DNA of 63,885 bases, filler included, from an uncultured bacterium (lineage in GTDB: Bacteria > Latescibacterota > UBA2968), in NCBI GenBank assembly GCA_964471275.1. It is 5 parts of 5 records of this genome, joined end to end, with 100 filler letters (N's around TTAATTAATTAA, not from the genome) between each part and the next. Parts side by side here need not be neighbours in the genome. Positions count along the whole stretch, not along the records: positions 13,539 to 26,966 come from CAYYGZ010000129.1; positions 27,067 to 40,477 come from CAYYGZ010000130.1; 3 more parts are not named here. One strand, 5' to 3'. Position 1 is the stretch's first letter. Each line of letters starts with the position of its first letter. Position numbers and translations under genes: made by a program. Shown one piece after another: positions 18,544 to 27,547 of this stretch. The notes under the pieces are model-generated. The model made no database searches. It saw only the letters and a program-made list of their open reading frames with translations, and was not told the origin of the DNA.

Positions 18544-18667
18544 AAGCAGTGAGGGAGCGCTGGCACCTTGCGCGTCGCCGACTCCGCTCGGTGATGCAGT
18601 AGGGAAGCAATCCGTGTTGAGTTCACCCCTAGTGGGAGGAGACAGCTCGCGGCCCTGATGACCGTGG

Positions 18668-19264
18668 TTACGTGAACATGACGACGGTGGGGCCGTCGTC
18701 GATGCCGATGCGGTCGATCTTGCGAGAGGGGGTGCGCATCAGCGAGCGGAAGGCGTCGAGTTCCTCGTTGACGAGGAGGATGGGTGTATCGGTGTCGCTG
18801 AGGAGCTGGGACATGGCGCCGCGGGTTTCTCGATCGTAGACGAGGAAGCAGCCCACGATGAGGGCGACGTCCGGCAGGTGCAGCGTCTCGTAGCGTCCGG
18901 GAAGCACGCCGTATCCGGTGATGTCGTTCTCTTCGAGCTGCTCCGAACACAGCTCGATCGAGACGGGGGCGAGGTCGTTGATCCACAGTTTCTCGCAGAA
19001 TCCACCGATCACGATGGCCTCCAGTCCAACACCCGCGCCCAGGATAAGCACAGATTTCCCCGCCACGATTTCCGACCGAGCATAAAGAAGGCGACCGAAT
19101 TGCTCGGTCGCCTCCCATCGTCGATCATAATAGACGTCGACACCTGCTTCAATTTCCGCAATGACCCGGTTGTGTATGTCGGGGTGCTCGAGGTTCAGCA
19201 GTTTCAGGTCATCGCCACCCAGGTTGATCGTGTGCCACCGTCGGGACGTTCCGGCTACTCCCAC
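18668..19264 (-). CDS. Class I SAM methyltransferase (protein-lysine methyltransferase-like)
   Basis: RWEAT..F.R.L, GKSVLILGAGVGLE, IND; GTG overlaps the upstream stop. Confidence 0.7.
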   Translation of the reverse strand: MGVAGTSRRWHTINLGGDDLKLLNLEHPDIHNRVIAEIEAGVDVYYDRRWEATEQFGRLLYARSEIVAGKSVLILGAGVGLEAIVIGGFCEKLWINDLAPVSIELCSEQLEENDITGYGVLPGRYETLHLPDVALIVGCFLVYDRETRGAMSQLLSDTDTPILLVNEELDAFRSLMRTPSRKIDRIGIDDGPTVVMFT

Positions 19265-20994
19265 GGTAAAGCCAGCGTCGGCGGGTTCGCGTAGCGATCC
19301 ATCTTGATGGTAATCGCCGCGCCGGAGGTCGGCGCAAGTCTGACGGTGAAATGGGCTTCGCCGACTGCGCTCGTCTGCGCTCCCGAAGCCACCTCGTTGA
19401 TCTGGTGCTCCGCATAGGCACCGCCCTGAACGATTACCGTGCGACCGGATACCTGATTCAGATTGACCAACTCGAGCGAGACGGAGTCAGCGTCCATCCC
19501 CGTAACGAGCGCGGATACGTCTTCGGGGATGCCCGCACGCTGTCGGGCGGGATCGAAGTATCGCACACGACAGTGCAGGGGATAGCCGTCGCGGCCCGTG
19601 GGCAACCCGCCCAGCATCAGGCGGATCAGGGCATCCGTTGTGGCCGGGTTGATGCGGTTCATGTCATCGGACATGCGCGAATCGGGTGTGGACAGGTCAG
19701 CTTCCAGCATGTTCATTTTGTTGCGGAGTTTGCCCAGATCCGTGTGCAAGGCGTCGACCGGGTAATCCGGAGCGTTCCCGTCGAGATAGTCCTGCCAGGA
19801 ATTGGTCCCGGCGCGCGCGCGATCACTCGCATCCTGAGACCAGTAGTAGGTTTCGAAGGCACCGGTCGAGAAGGGGTCCAGCTTGTGTTCGTACCAGCCA
19901 TCGTCTCCGTAGCCTCGTGGATACTGCATCCGGCCATCGATCTCCTTTGCGTTTCCGTTGATGAGGTCGATCGTATTTCGCCAGAGATCCAGATACTCGG
20001 CCTTGCCGGTCATCAGGAAGGCGTTTGCGAAGCTGTAGTGCGTTCGGCTCAAACATGCGGGTCGATGCGACCATTCTCCATTTGCCGGGTTGATGACCGA
20101 GAAGCCCCAACCATAGCACCCCCCATACCACTTGCCGTCACACTCGCCGCCGATCGTTCCATCGAGACCGATATTCGACGGGATCAGCCCATCGTTCGCC
20201 GCGGTTCGGTCGACCCACGCATCGATGTACTCCAGCATCCAGTCTCGATACTTGCTGTCACCGGTGAGCGCATACGCGTTGAACCCGAGCGTGGTCGCGC
20301 CCAGGTTGAGCGGATGATCGCCCACGACATCGTTGTAGTCCTTGAAGTGGTCGAGCATCTGCGCAAAGTCCGCTTCACCGTGACCCGGTCGGAAACGTCC
20401 CTTGACCTCGATGGGATCACCGGCCCAGTCGAGTGCCGTCGCTTTGCGGAGCAGGGGACCGCGCGAGCCGTTGAAGAGACTGCGGATGATCTTGTGCTTC
20501 GGGTCGTAGTTCTCAGCCTGTGGATCCTCATCCATGTAGAGTCCGGCGAAACGGCGGGATCGTTCGTGATACAAGCGGTCCGCCGGGTCCGCAAGACCCT
20601 CGAGGATAAAGGCCGACAACCACTCGCCGTGGTGATACCAGTCGAACATGACCGGGAACTCTTTGTAGTACATTCCCTCACGGGCCATTTCGACCTCGAC
20701 CGTCCTGGCCTCTGTGTATTGCTGAAGATGTCCCTCCCAACACGCACGATACCGATCGAGGATGCTGCGATCTGCACCCAGTGCGTAGAGTATGGTCCAG
20801 TTGAGCATGTTTTCGGCAGCGTCGTCCGGGCCGTCGTTTCCACCCCATCTGGGCACACACTGCAGGTAGCCGCGGTCGTCGAAATATTTTGCGTGGAATT
20901 GTGCGACGGCATCATTCTGGGCATCCAACAGCACACGCTCAAGCATCGCCCACTCGGGCGGGGTGATGACACTGCTGATCTGGAGATGGCTCAT
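19255..20994 (-). CDS. Conserved hypothetical protein (W/G/D-rich, enzyme-like)
   Basis: 579-aa ORF with RBS AGGAGG and strong codon bias; motifs RWGGNDGPDDAAE, DWYHHGE, YGWGF, RYFDP. No function recognised. Confidence 0.75.
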   Translation of the reverse strand: MSHLQISSVITPPEWAMLERVLLDAQNDAVAQFHAKYFDDRGYLQCVPRWGGNDGPDDAAENMLNWTILYALGADRSILDRYRACWEGHLQQYTEARTVEVEMAREGMYYKEFPVMFDWYHHGEWLSAFILEGLADPADRLYHERSRRFAGLYMDEDPQAENYDPKHKIIRSLFNGSRGPLLRKATALDWAGDPIEVKGRFRPGHGEADFAQMLDHFKDYNDVVGDHPLNLGATTLGFNAYALTGDSKYRDWMLEYIDAWVDRTAANDGLIPSNIGLDGTIGGECDGKWYGGCYGWGFSVINPANGEWSHRPACLSRTHYSFANAFLMTGKAEYLDLWRNTIDLINGNAKEIDGRMQYPRGYGDDGWYEHKLDPFSTGAFETYYWSQDASDRARAGTNSWQDYLDGNAPDYPVDALHTDLGKLRNKMNMLEADLSTPDSRMSDDMNRINPATTDALIRLMLGGLPTGRDGYPLHCRVRYFDPARQRAGIPEDVSALVTGMDADSVSLELVNLNQVSGRTVIVQGGAYAEHQINEVASGAQTSAVGEAHFTVRLAPTSGAAITIKMDRYANPPTLALPWE

Positions 20995-21080
20995 CTGGCC
21001 TCCTGGCTGCGTTCACGTTGTGTTCTGATCTCTCCGAACTGATGCTGGCGGAATCTCTTCAGTCGTGCAATGACAACGTC

Positions 21081-23642
21081 TCAGCGTATCGCTACGTTCG
21101 GTGTGGCCGCACCATAGTAGATTGCGTTGAACAGGATCTTGAAGGTGGTATGCGGCTGCGCTCTGTGTTGTGGACGAAACCCGAAGAGGATGACACGGCC
21201 GTCTTCGAGGGGTGCGTCAACCAGGGCAGATTTGCCCCGGATCTGTTCGTCACCAAATATCCAGCCGCTCATCAGGGGGTTGAATTCCGGGTAGTCGGCT
21301 ATGGATGATGCGCTGCCCGATACATCGAAGACCGGACTCTGGGCGAAGTAGATCGGCTGAGGAGATCGTCTGCCAAAGGAAAGGGGGTGGGAGGTGTCCA
21401 GATCAACCTGGAGGATCGATCCCGGGGCATAGAACGGGTCGTCTCCCTCGTCATCGCTCAGACCGGAATCTACCTCCAACCCAAACCGGTCGATTGCCAG
21501 CTCGCTTGCGTCTCCCATACAGATCAAGGTCCCACCAGCCCTGACAAAGGCGAGCAGGTGGTCCGCTCCCTGATCACCCATACCGCCCGTATACTGGGGC
21601 GGCATCGTGCCTTCCGCCTTTCCGTTTAGCAGGCTCTTCGGGCCGGCACTCGGAAGGATGATCACATCATACCGCTCGCCCAGGCTGCCTGCCTTGATTT
21701 CTGCGTTGTGCAGCGTCCGATACTCGAAGGCGTAGCGCTCGAGTACCCACCTGGTCCACCCTTCATCCATGTTCCCAGTCCAGGGCTGGTAGAGCCCCAG
21801 TCTCGGTTTCTTGAGCCGGTATCCACGGTCAGGTTTCCGACCGGGAATAGGCTCGATGCCCGTTTCCCTGGCGAGCGAGGTGAGTTGAGTGTGCACTCCA
21901 TCTCGAGAGGGTATCCAGATGGCGCCCTTCTCAATCGATTTTCCCGATGCGCGTGCGGGTTTCTCGGTCCAGTAGGCCGAGTGTCCCTTCGCCATCAATC
22001 TGTTCAATGCCCACACGTCATTGTTCGTACGGTTTTCGAGGTAGTATCCCGAGTTTGACGACCCCACGCTGTGGCTTGGCAATTCAGGCTCGATCAGGCT
22101 GAGATTCGCCTTGAAGGGCGCGACGACTTCGATGGTCCTGACACCCATCTGCAGCGGAAGCGTCCATCCCGTGACGTCGTAGGGACGCTCTGGTGTCCCA
22201 TCATCTCCACCGATCCGCCGATCGGGATACCGCTGTCTCTCCAGCAAGTCCTTCGCGTGCGCGCGGTAGGGCTGAGCCATAAGCACGACCTTTGTTCCCG
22301 CCGGGTAGGTAACACCGTCGGCCTGAAGCGATTTTTCCGCGCGGTGAAGTTCCACGCCGCCTTCGGACAGGATACGAGTCATTTCGTAGGCGGCGATGGG
22401 GTCGTGTTGACCGGGCGGGATCAGGAAGGCGTAAGGAGGGTCGGATTCGCCCTTCTTGACTGCCTGAGTCCCGAGCTGGTAGAAGTTGTAGATCCAGTCC
22501 TCTTTGTGCGTTGCCGCCAGTTTCAGGAGCGAACCTGAGGCGATCTTCTGATACTCGACGATGTCACGTAAACGCCACCAGCCACCGGACCAGGGATCTG
22601 GAAAGTTGGCTTGAAGCCAGTATTTCGGGAGACCGCGGCGGTGTCCTGTTAGTTCCTTTTCCGTCTGGAAGATCGGAGACGCGATCCGTACGCTCGCCGC
22701 TTCGGTCAGGAGCCCGACGATGTTGTGTCGATACGGTACGGTGCGGTAACCGCCGTGCCACCACATGTCATACACGGCTGAAGTAATGACACCGGGGCGG
22801 TTCGCGGCCTGGAGGTCGTGGGCCATGTGCGCGCCGACCAGCATGATCTGTCGTTGAAGTAGGGGAGGGATGTTCGGGTTCAGCGGGTCGAAGAAGGGAG
22901 GCACGAAGAACCGAGCACCCTTGTTTCCCATCTGGTGAACGTCATAGATGATCTGCGGGAACCACTGTTCGTAGTGAACGCGATTCATTATCCGAGTCTC
23001 GGCCTGCGTCAGCATGAACCAGTCGCGGTTGTTGTCGTGACCTGTGTATTTGTGGTAGAGCCAAGGTGGTCTTGTTCCTTCCCACGGCGTGTTCAGCGTC
23101 TCGCGATACCAATCGCCGACGATGTCAACCCCGTCCGGGTTGAGCGACGGAACCAGGAGGAGCACGACACGATCCAGGATCATTTCGATGTCCGGGTCTG
23201 TCGAGGTGATCAGGTCGTAGGCCAACTCCATCGACATCTGGGAGGACGCAATCTCCGTTGCGTGGATGTTGCACCCGATCAAGACCACGGCCTTGCCGTT
23301 AGCGGCCATACTTCTGGCCTCGGTCTCCGCCAAACCTCTGGGATCGGCCAGCTGCTTCTGTGCAGCCTGGATCTCCTCTTTCGTGGCCAGATTATCGGAA
23401 GAGGAGATGATCGCCATGATGAAGGGCCGTCCTTCCGTCGATTGACCGAGCGTCTGGACTTCTATCCGGTCGGAAGCTTCGTCGAGCTTGCCGAAGTAAT
23501 CGACAATGCTCTGCCAGCTCGCCAGTTTGTAGTCAGCACCTACCTGGAAGCCGAGGTGCGATTCCGGTGTGGGAACGGTCTGAGCGAAGAGATACTGAGA
23601 TGAAGCAACGAGAACGATAAGCGTGTTGATCAACAGCTTCAT
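21081..23642 (-). CDS. Secreted M14 zinc carboxypeptidase with C-terminal GATase-like domain
   Basis: Signal peptide, NIHATE (HxxE), NPDG, DNNRDW, DVHQMG; MDEGWTRW and GGTLI C-terminal domain. Confidence 0.9.
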   Translation of the reverse strand: MKLLINTLIVLVASSQYLFAQTVPTPESHLGFQVGADYKLASWQSIVDYFGKLDEASDRIEVQTLGQSTEGRPFIMAIISSSDNLATKEEIQAAQKQLADPRGLAETEARSMAANGKAVVLIGCNIHATEIASSQMSMELAYDLITSTDPDIEMILDRVVLLLVPSLNPDGVDIVGDWYRETLNTPWEGTRPPWLYHKYTGHDNNRDWFMLTQAETRIMNRVHYEQWFPQIIYDVHQMGNKGARFFVPPFFDPLNPNIPPLLQRQIMLVGAHMAHDLQAANRPGVITSAVYDMWWHGGYRTVPYRHNIVGLLTEAASVRIASPIFQTEKELTGHRRGLPKYWLQANFPDPWSGGWWRLRDIVEYQKIASGSLLKLAATHKEDWIYNFYQLGTQAVKKGESDPPYAFLIPPGQHDPIAAYEMTRILSEGGVELHRAEKSLQADGVTYPAGTKVVLMAQPYRAHAKDLLERQRYPDRRIGGDDGTPERPYDVTGWTLPLQMGVRTIEVVAPFKANLSLIEPELPSHSVGSSNSGYYLENRTNNDVWALNRLMAKGHSAYWTEKPARASGKSIEKGAIWIPSRDGVHTQLTSLARETGIEPIPGRKPDRGYRLKKPRLGLYQPWTGNMDEGWTRWVLERYAFEYRTLHNAEIKAGSLGERYDVIILPSAGPKSLLNGKAEGTMPPQYTGGMGDQGADHLLAFVRAGGTLICMGDASELAIDRFGLEVDSGLSDDEGDDPFYAPGSILQVDLDTSHPLSFGRRSPQPIYFAQSPVFDVSGSASSIADYPEFNPLMSGWIFGDEQIRGKSALVDAPLEDGRVILFGFRPQHRAQPHTTFKILFNAIYYGAATPNVAIR

Positions 23643-23796
23643 GAGACCACCTTTTTGACTCTGGAGAGTGACCCGGGCAAGGTACGGATTCTCGTTGGGG
23701 GGGCAAGGATATCATTGCGCAAATTGACCCTGGAATCAGCCGGGGGTATATTCGCGGCATCTACGATGACTAGATCCCAAACGCACTGGAGGAGCT

Positions 23797-24603
23797 GTGA
23801 AGATCGCAACGGGTAACCATATGACGTCCCCCGAAATGTCCTGGACGGATCGCTGCAAGGCGACCAAGGATGCGGGCTTTGACGGTATCGAAATGTGGAT
23901 CGGGACAGATGATTTCCATATGGAATCGTCGGACGATGAAATCCGGGCACTCAGTGATGTCGTCCACGAGGCCGGATTGGAAGTCTCGTCCGTTGCGTCC
24001 ACTATGGGATGGAACAACCCGATCTGTAGCCCTGATGACACGGTGCACGCACGTGCGATCGAGATCGCGACACGTCAGATCGACGCAGCGAAGCTGTTTG
24101 GAACCGATGCGATTCTGGTGGTGACTGGCCGTCACAACGCTAACAATGACATGATGACCGCTCTGTCACGGATCGTATCGGGATTCAAGCGGATTGGCGA
24201 GGTGGCAGCGGATACGGGTGTTCGCGTCGGCGCCGAGACGTGCCCTCGGTTGTCGTTCAACCTGATGACACCGCTGGAGTGCGCAGCTTTTGTGGAGTCG
24301 GTCGGCAGGGAGAGCGTAGGGATCTACCTGGATACGGCAAACGTGACCTATTCCGGTTATCCTGAACACTACATCCGTGCCCTTGGCAAGGATACCGTCC
24401 GCATTCACTTCAAGGACACCAAGGAAGTCGATGGTCAGCGGAAGGCGACGTGGCCGGGAAACGGGATGGTGGCGTTCGAACCCGTGATGGCGGCGTGTCG
24501 CGAGGTGGGATACGATTCGTGGGCGATCATGGAATACGGTGGCCCGCATAATGCGGAGACCATGGGCGCGGCCGCGGCTTCAACTCGCGGGATCGTCGGC
24601 TGA
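23797..24603 (+). CDS. Sugar phosphate isomerase/epimerase (hexulose-6-P epimerase-like)
   Basis: AGFDGIE, GAET, YLDTAN, IHFKD, IMEY. Confidence 0.9.
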   Translation: MKIATGNHMTSPEMSWTDRCKATKDAGFDGIEMWIGTDDFHMESSDDEIRALSDVVHEAGLEVSSVASTMGWNNPICSPDDTVHARAIEIATRQIDAAKLFGTDAILVVTGRHNANNDMMTALSRIVSGFKRIGEVAADTGVRVGAETCPRLSFNLMTPLECAAFVESVGRESVGIYLDTANVTYSGYPEHYIRALGKDTVRIHFKDTKEVDGQRKATWPGNGMVAFEPVMAACREVGYDSWAIMEYGGPHNAETMGAAAASTRGIVG

Positions 24604-24946
24604 TGTAACGAGGGCACTACGAGTGACGTGGCGTCATCCGTGCGTCTCTGACCGGAAATCGCACTCGAATGCAGTCTTATGACGTGCTGTTGGTAAGATT
24701 TCAACGGGTTGGGTCGTGTCTCCCAGGTGGTTTTGTCCGGGGCTATCTGTGATCGCACGGCTCTGGTTTGGCACCCCCGTGCAGAGCACGAGGGCGAGGG
24801 GCGCCGGCCCAGTTTTCATCTTCCCGGGCAGGAACCCGGGAGACCGCCTGTGGTGTGGTTAGCAGGATGCTATGTGATGCGCAGGTCGTAAGCGGGGCGC
24901 TTTGCGCGGTCGGCTGATCTGGAAACGCTTCTCCTACCTGACTACC

Positions 24947-25858
24947 TCACTGCTTCTCCCGAATCCTCTCATACGGAACCACAAACCCCGGAATCGCCAC
25001 GAGCATCGCAAACGCATTCTCGAAGCAGTGACCGAAAAGACGCTCTGACGTAGAGGGCGTGACGACGATCGATCCCGGTGTGACAGGGATGGTGAAAGCG
25101 TCTTGTATCCCCTTTTCGCTCGGGTCACGGTAGATGATGGCGTGGCCGCCATTGCCATCCCCAATTTCCGGTAAGCCATAATCTGCTCTCGAGAGCACGA
25201 TAGCTGTTTCAGTGTGGTTTCGAACGCCGCCCTCGGGGCCAATGACGGTCCCGTGGTGGTGCCTTGTCGGGGGAGGCTGTCGATCGATCCGCATGTCCAG
25301 CGTGTGCTCGTTGACGCGGTTGGCGCCGATACGATCAGGTGAGGATGGATCTATCGCGGCCGACGGAACTGTCTCTCTGCGGAAAGCGCCACCATATGGG
25401 GCGCAACCACCGGGATGGTCATCCAGATTCCGGAGGAGCGACAGCTTGGGGGCCGGGTAGGGTGTCGTGTCGACGATCACTTCGAAGTAGACGCCGCTTC
25501 CGGACAAGGTAAGTGACCCCAGATCGTCGTTGGATATGATGGCATCACCGGGCCAAATTTGCTCTTGGTGTGAGGTGAGGACGGTTGCGTGCCCTGTGGA
25601 GCCTCCGGAATACATCGAGCCCTTGCCGCCTCGAACGGGGTCTCCCTTGAACAGCGCGATTCGTGTATCCTCTGCCTTCACGATGAACCGGTAAGCCGTC
25701 TTCTCTGACGGTGGGGCAAGGGTTACCTCCCCGTGCCATCGACCGACGGCAACCTCGACATCACCGTCGTGCAGTTTCCGATAGGCGGTATTGAGTTGCT
25801 TGATGGATTCCGGGTCATCAATGTGGCCAACCGGTATGTCGTAGCTCGAAGTTGACAT
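24947..25858 (-). CDS. Hypothetical protein, possible cupin-like metalloprotein
   Basis: 303-aa beta-rich ORF with RHHHG, NHTE, PGSIVVTP...GHCFEN. Confidence 0.6.
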   Translation of the reverse strand: MSTSSYDIPVGHIDDPESIKQLNTAYRKLHDGDVEVAVGRWHGEVTLAPPSEKTAYRFIVKAEDTRIALFKGDPVRGGKGSMYSGGSTGHATVLTSHQEQIWPGDAIISNDDLGSLTLSGSGVYFEVIVDTTPYPAPKLSLLRNLDDHPGGCAPYGGAFRRETVPSAAIDPSSPDRIGANRVNEHTLDMRIDRQPPPTRHHHGTVIGPEGGVRNHTETAIVLSRADYGLPEIGDGNGGHAIIYRDPSEKGIQDAFTIPVTPGSIVVTPSTSERLFGHCFENAFAMLVAIPGFVVPYERIREKQ

Positions 25859-25966
25859 CGTTTGTCCGTCGTGTTCTCTTGATCAAGGAAGCGATAGAGA
25901 TCTCTTCTGCACGATACAATAACCGATCTGGAGAAATCCGAAACAGCAAAAGAACGGAGTCTCGGA

Positions 25967-26966
25967 ATGGATCATCATTTCTCGGTCATTGGCCTGAACC
26001 ACGGTCACATCTTTGGGCAAGTTCAGGGCCTGCTTGAAGCAGGCTGGACGCTGAACCGGGTGTTCGCGGAAGAAGGCGATTTGGTTGAGCAGTTTCGCAG
26101 CAAGTTTCCAGACGCCGATGTGGCAGAGAACGCAGATCAGATTCTCGAGGACCAATCGATCGAACTGATCGCCTCTGCCTCCATCAACGCAGACCGGGGG
26201 CCATTGGCGCTGAGAGCCCTGCAAGTAGGGAAGCATTTCTTTGTCGATAAACCGTGTGTGACGACAGTGGCGGACCTCGATGCGATTAAGGAGACGGTCG
26301 AGCGCACCGGGAAGAAATGGTTCGCGTTCTTCGGGGAAATGGTACTGAGCGCGGAGGTCGAGTGGGTGCGCGATGAACTGGTCAAAGGGAACCTCGGGGA
26401 GCCCGTGCATTTTATGGGACTCGGACCGCACTCATTGAGGATTCAGACAAGGCCGGACTGGATGTTCAACGGTCAACAGTATGGCGGCATTCTCAATGAC
26501 ATCGCATCCCACCAGATGGCGCAGTTCTGCTACTGGATGGGGCAGGATCCAATTCCACAGTTCTCGCGAGTCGGCAATCTGTATCATCCGGAGAAACCGG
26601 AGTTCCAGGATTTTGGGGATGCCAGCTTCACAGGATCGAAGGGAGCAACCGGTTACCTGCGCGTCGATTGGTTCACGCCTGAAGGTTTACCGAGCTGGGG
26701 AGATATCAAGCAGCAACTGCTGACTACGGAGGCCTACGTTGAGCACCGCAAGATTCTGGATATCGGCGATCCGGAATACAAACCGAAGCTGATCGTTACG
26801 CGGTCCGACAAAAAGACGGAAGTGATCGATCTCGGTGGCCGGAAAGCGCCGTTCTTCGATCGGCTGACGAAGGATGTAGAAAATGGGACCGATACGGCGA
26901 TTCCGTTTGTGCTGGCGTATACGGCGAGTAAGGTGATGGTCGAGGTTCAGGGAGCAGCTGTGAGGT
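25967..26966 (+). CDS. Gfo/Idh/MocA oxidoreductase (3' end at contig edge)
   Basis: IGLNHGHI, GKHFFVDKP, GGILNDIASH, RVDWFTP. Confidence 0.9.
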
Positions 26967-27066
26967 NNNNNNNNNNNNNNNNNNNNNNNNNNNNNNNNNN
27001 NNNNNNNNNNTTAATTAATTAANNNNNNNNNNNNNNNNNNNNNNNNNNNNNNNNNNNNNNNNNNNN
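26967..27066. other. Artificial contig spacer
   Basis: N44-TTAATTAATTAA-N44. Confidence 0.99.
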
Positions 27067-27272
27067 GGCTGCTAGCCTGAACGGTGGGTAAACGATGTAA
27101 CCGGCCGGAATCAGACAGGCCCGGATACCAAAAAGCGAGTTCGAACAATCATCGTATGGTGGTTCTTCTTCCTTGGATGCGGTGCCATTGGCTTCACGAT
27201 CAAGATCCTGCTCGATCATATCAAGGAAGCAGACAGGATCGGTGATCAGATCCTGAGGAACAGAGCCGATCT

Positions 27273-27298
27273 AACGGCCGCCAGTAATGGCGGCCGTT
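27273..27298. terminator. GC-rich hairpin, probable terminator
   Basis: AACGGCCGCC-agtaat-GGCGGCCGTT. Confidence 0.55.
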
Positions 27299-27547
27299 CT
27301 CCGTTTCCATGCACAAAAAAGGTTCCCAAGGGCTACCCTCCCTAAGTTGCCTTTGAAAGACCTACGCCTCGGCAAAGCCTCCGCGCCGACATAATACGCA
27401 TCTGGCATCGCGTGTGTCAGGCAATGCCATCCCTCCTCTATATGCACGATTAATCATTTCGATGATAATCATAAATTTTACGCATTGTTCTGACACGCGT
27501 AATCTTAGACCGACAGCACGAACCTGCTCACGCCCTCTGGAGCCCCT

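Noticed and set aside
19351..21042. 563-aa antisense ORF (also 14828-15694, 17338-18249, 29174-30109, 57305-58312)
   Set aside because: Shadow frames opposite real genes caused by codon bias; no recognisable motifs.
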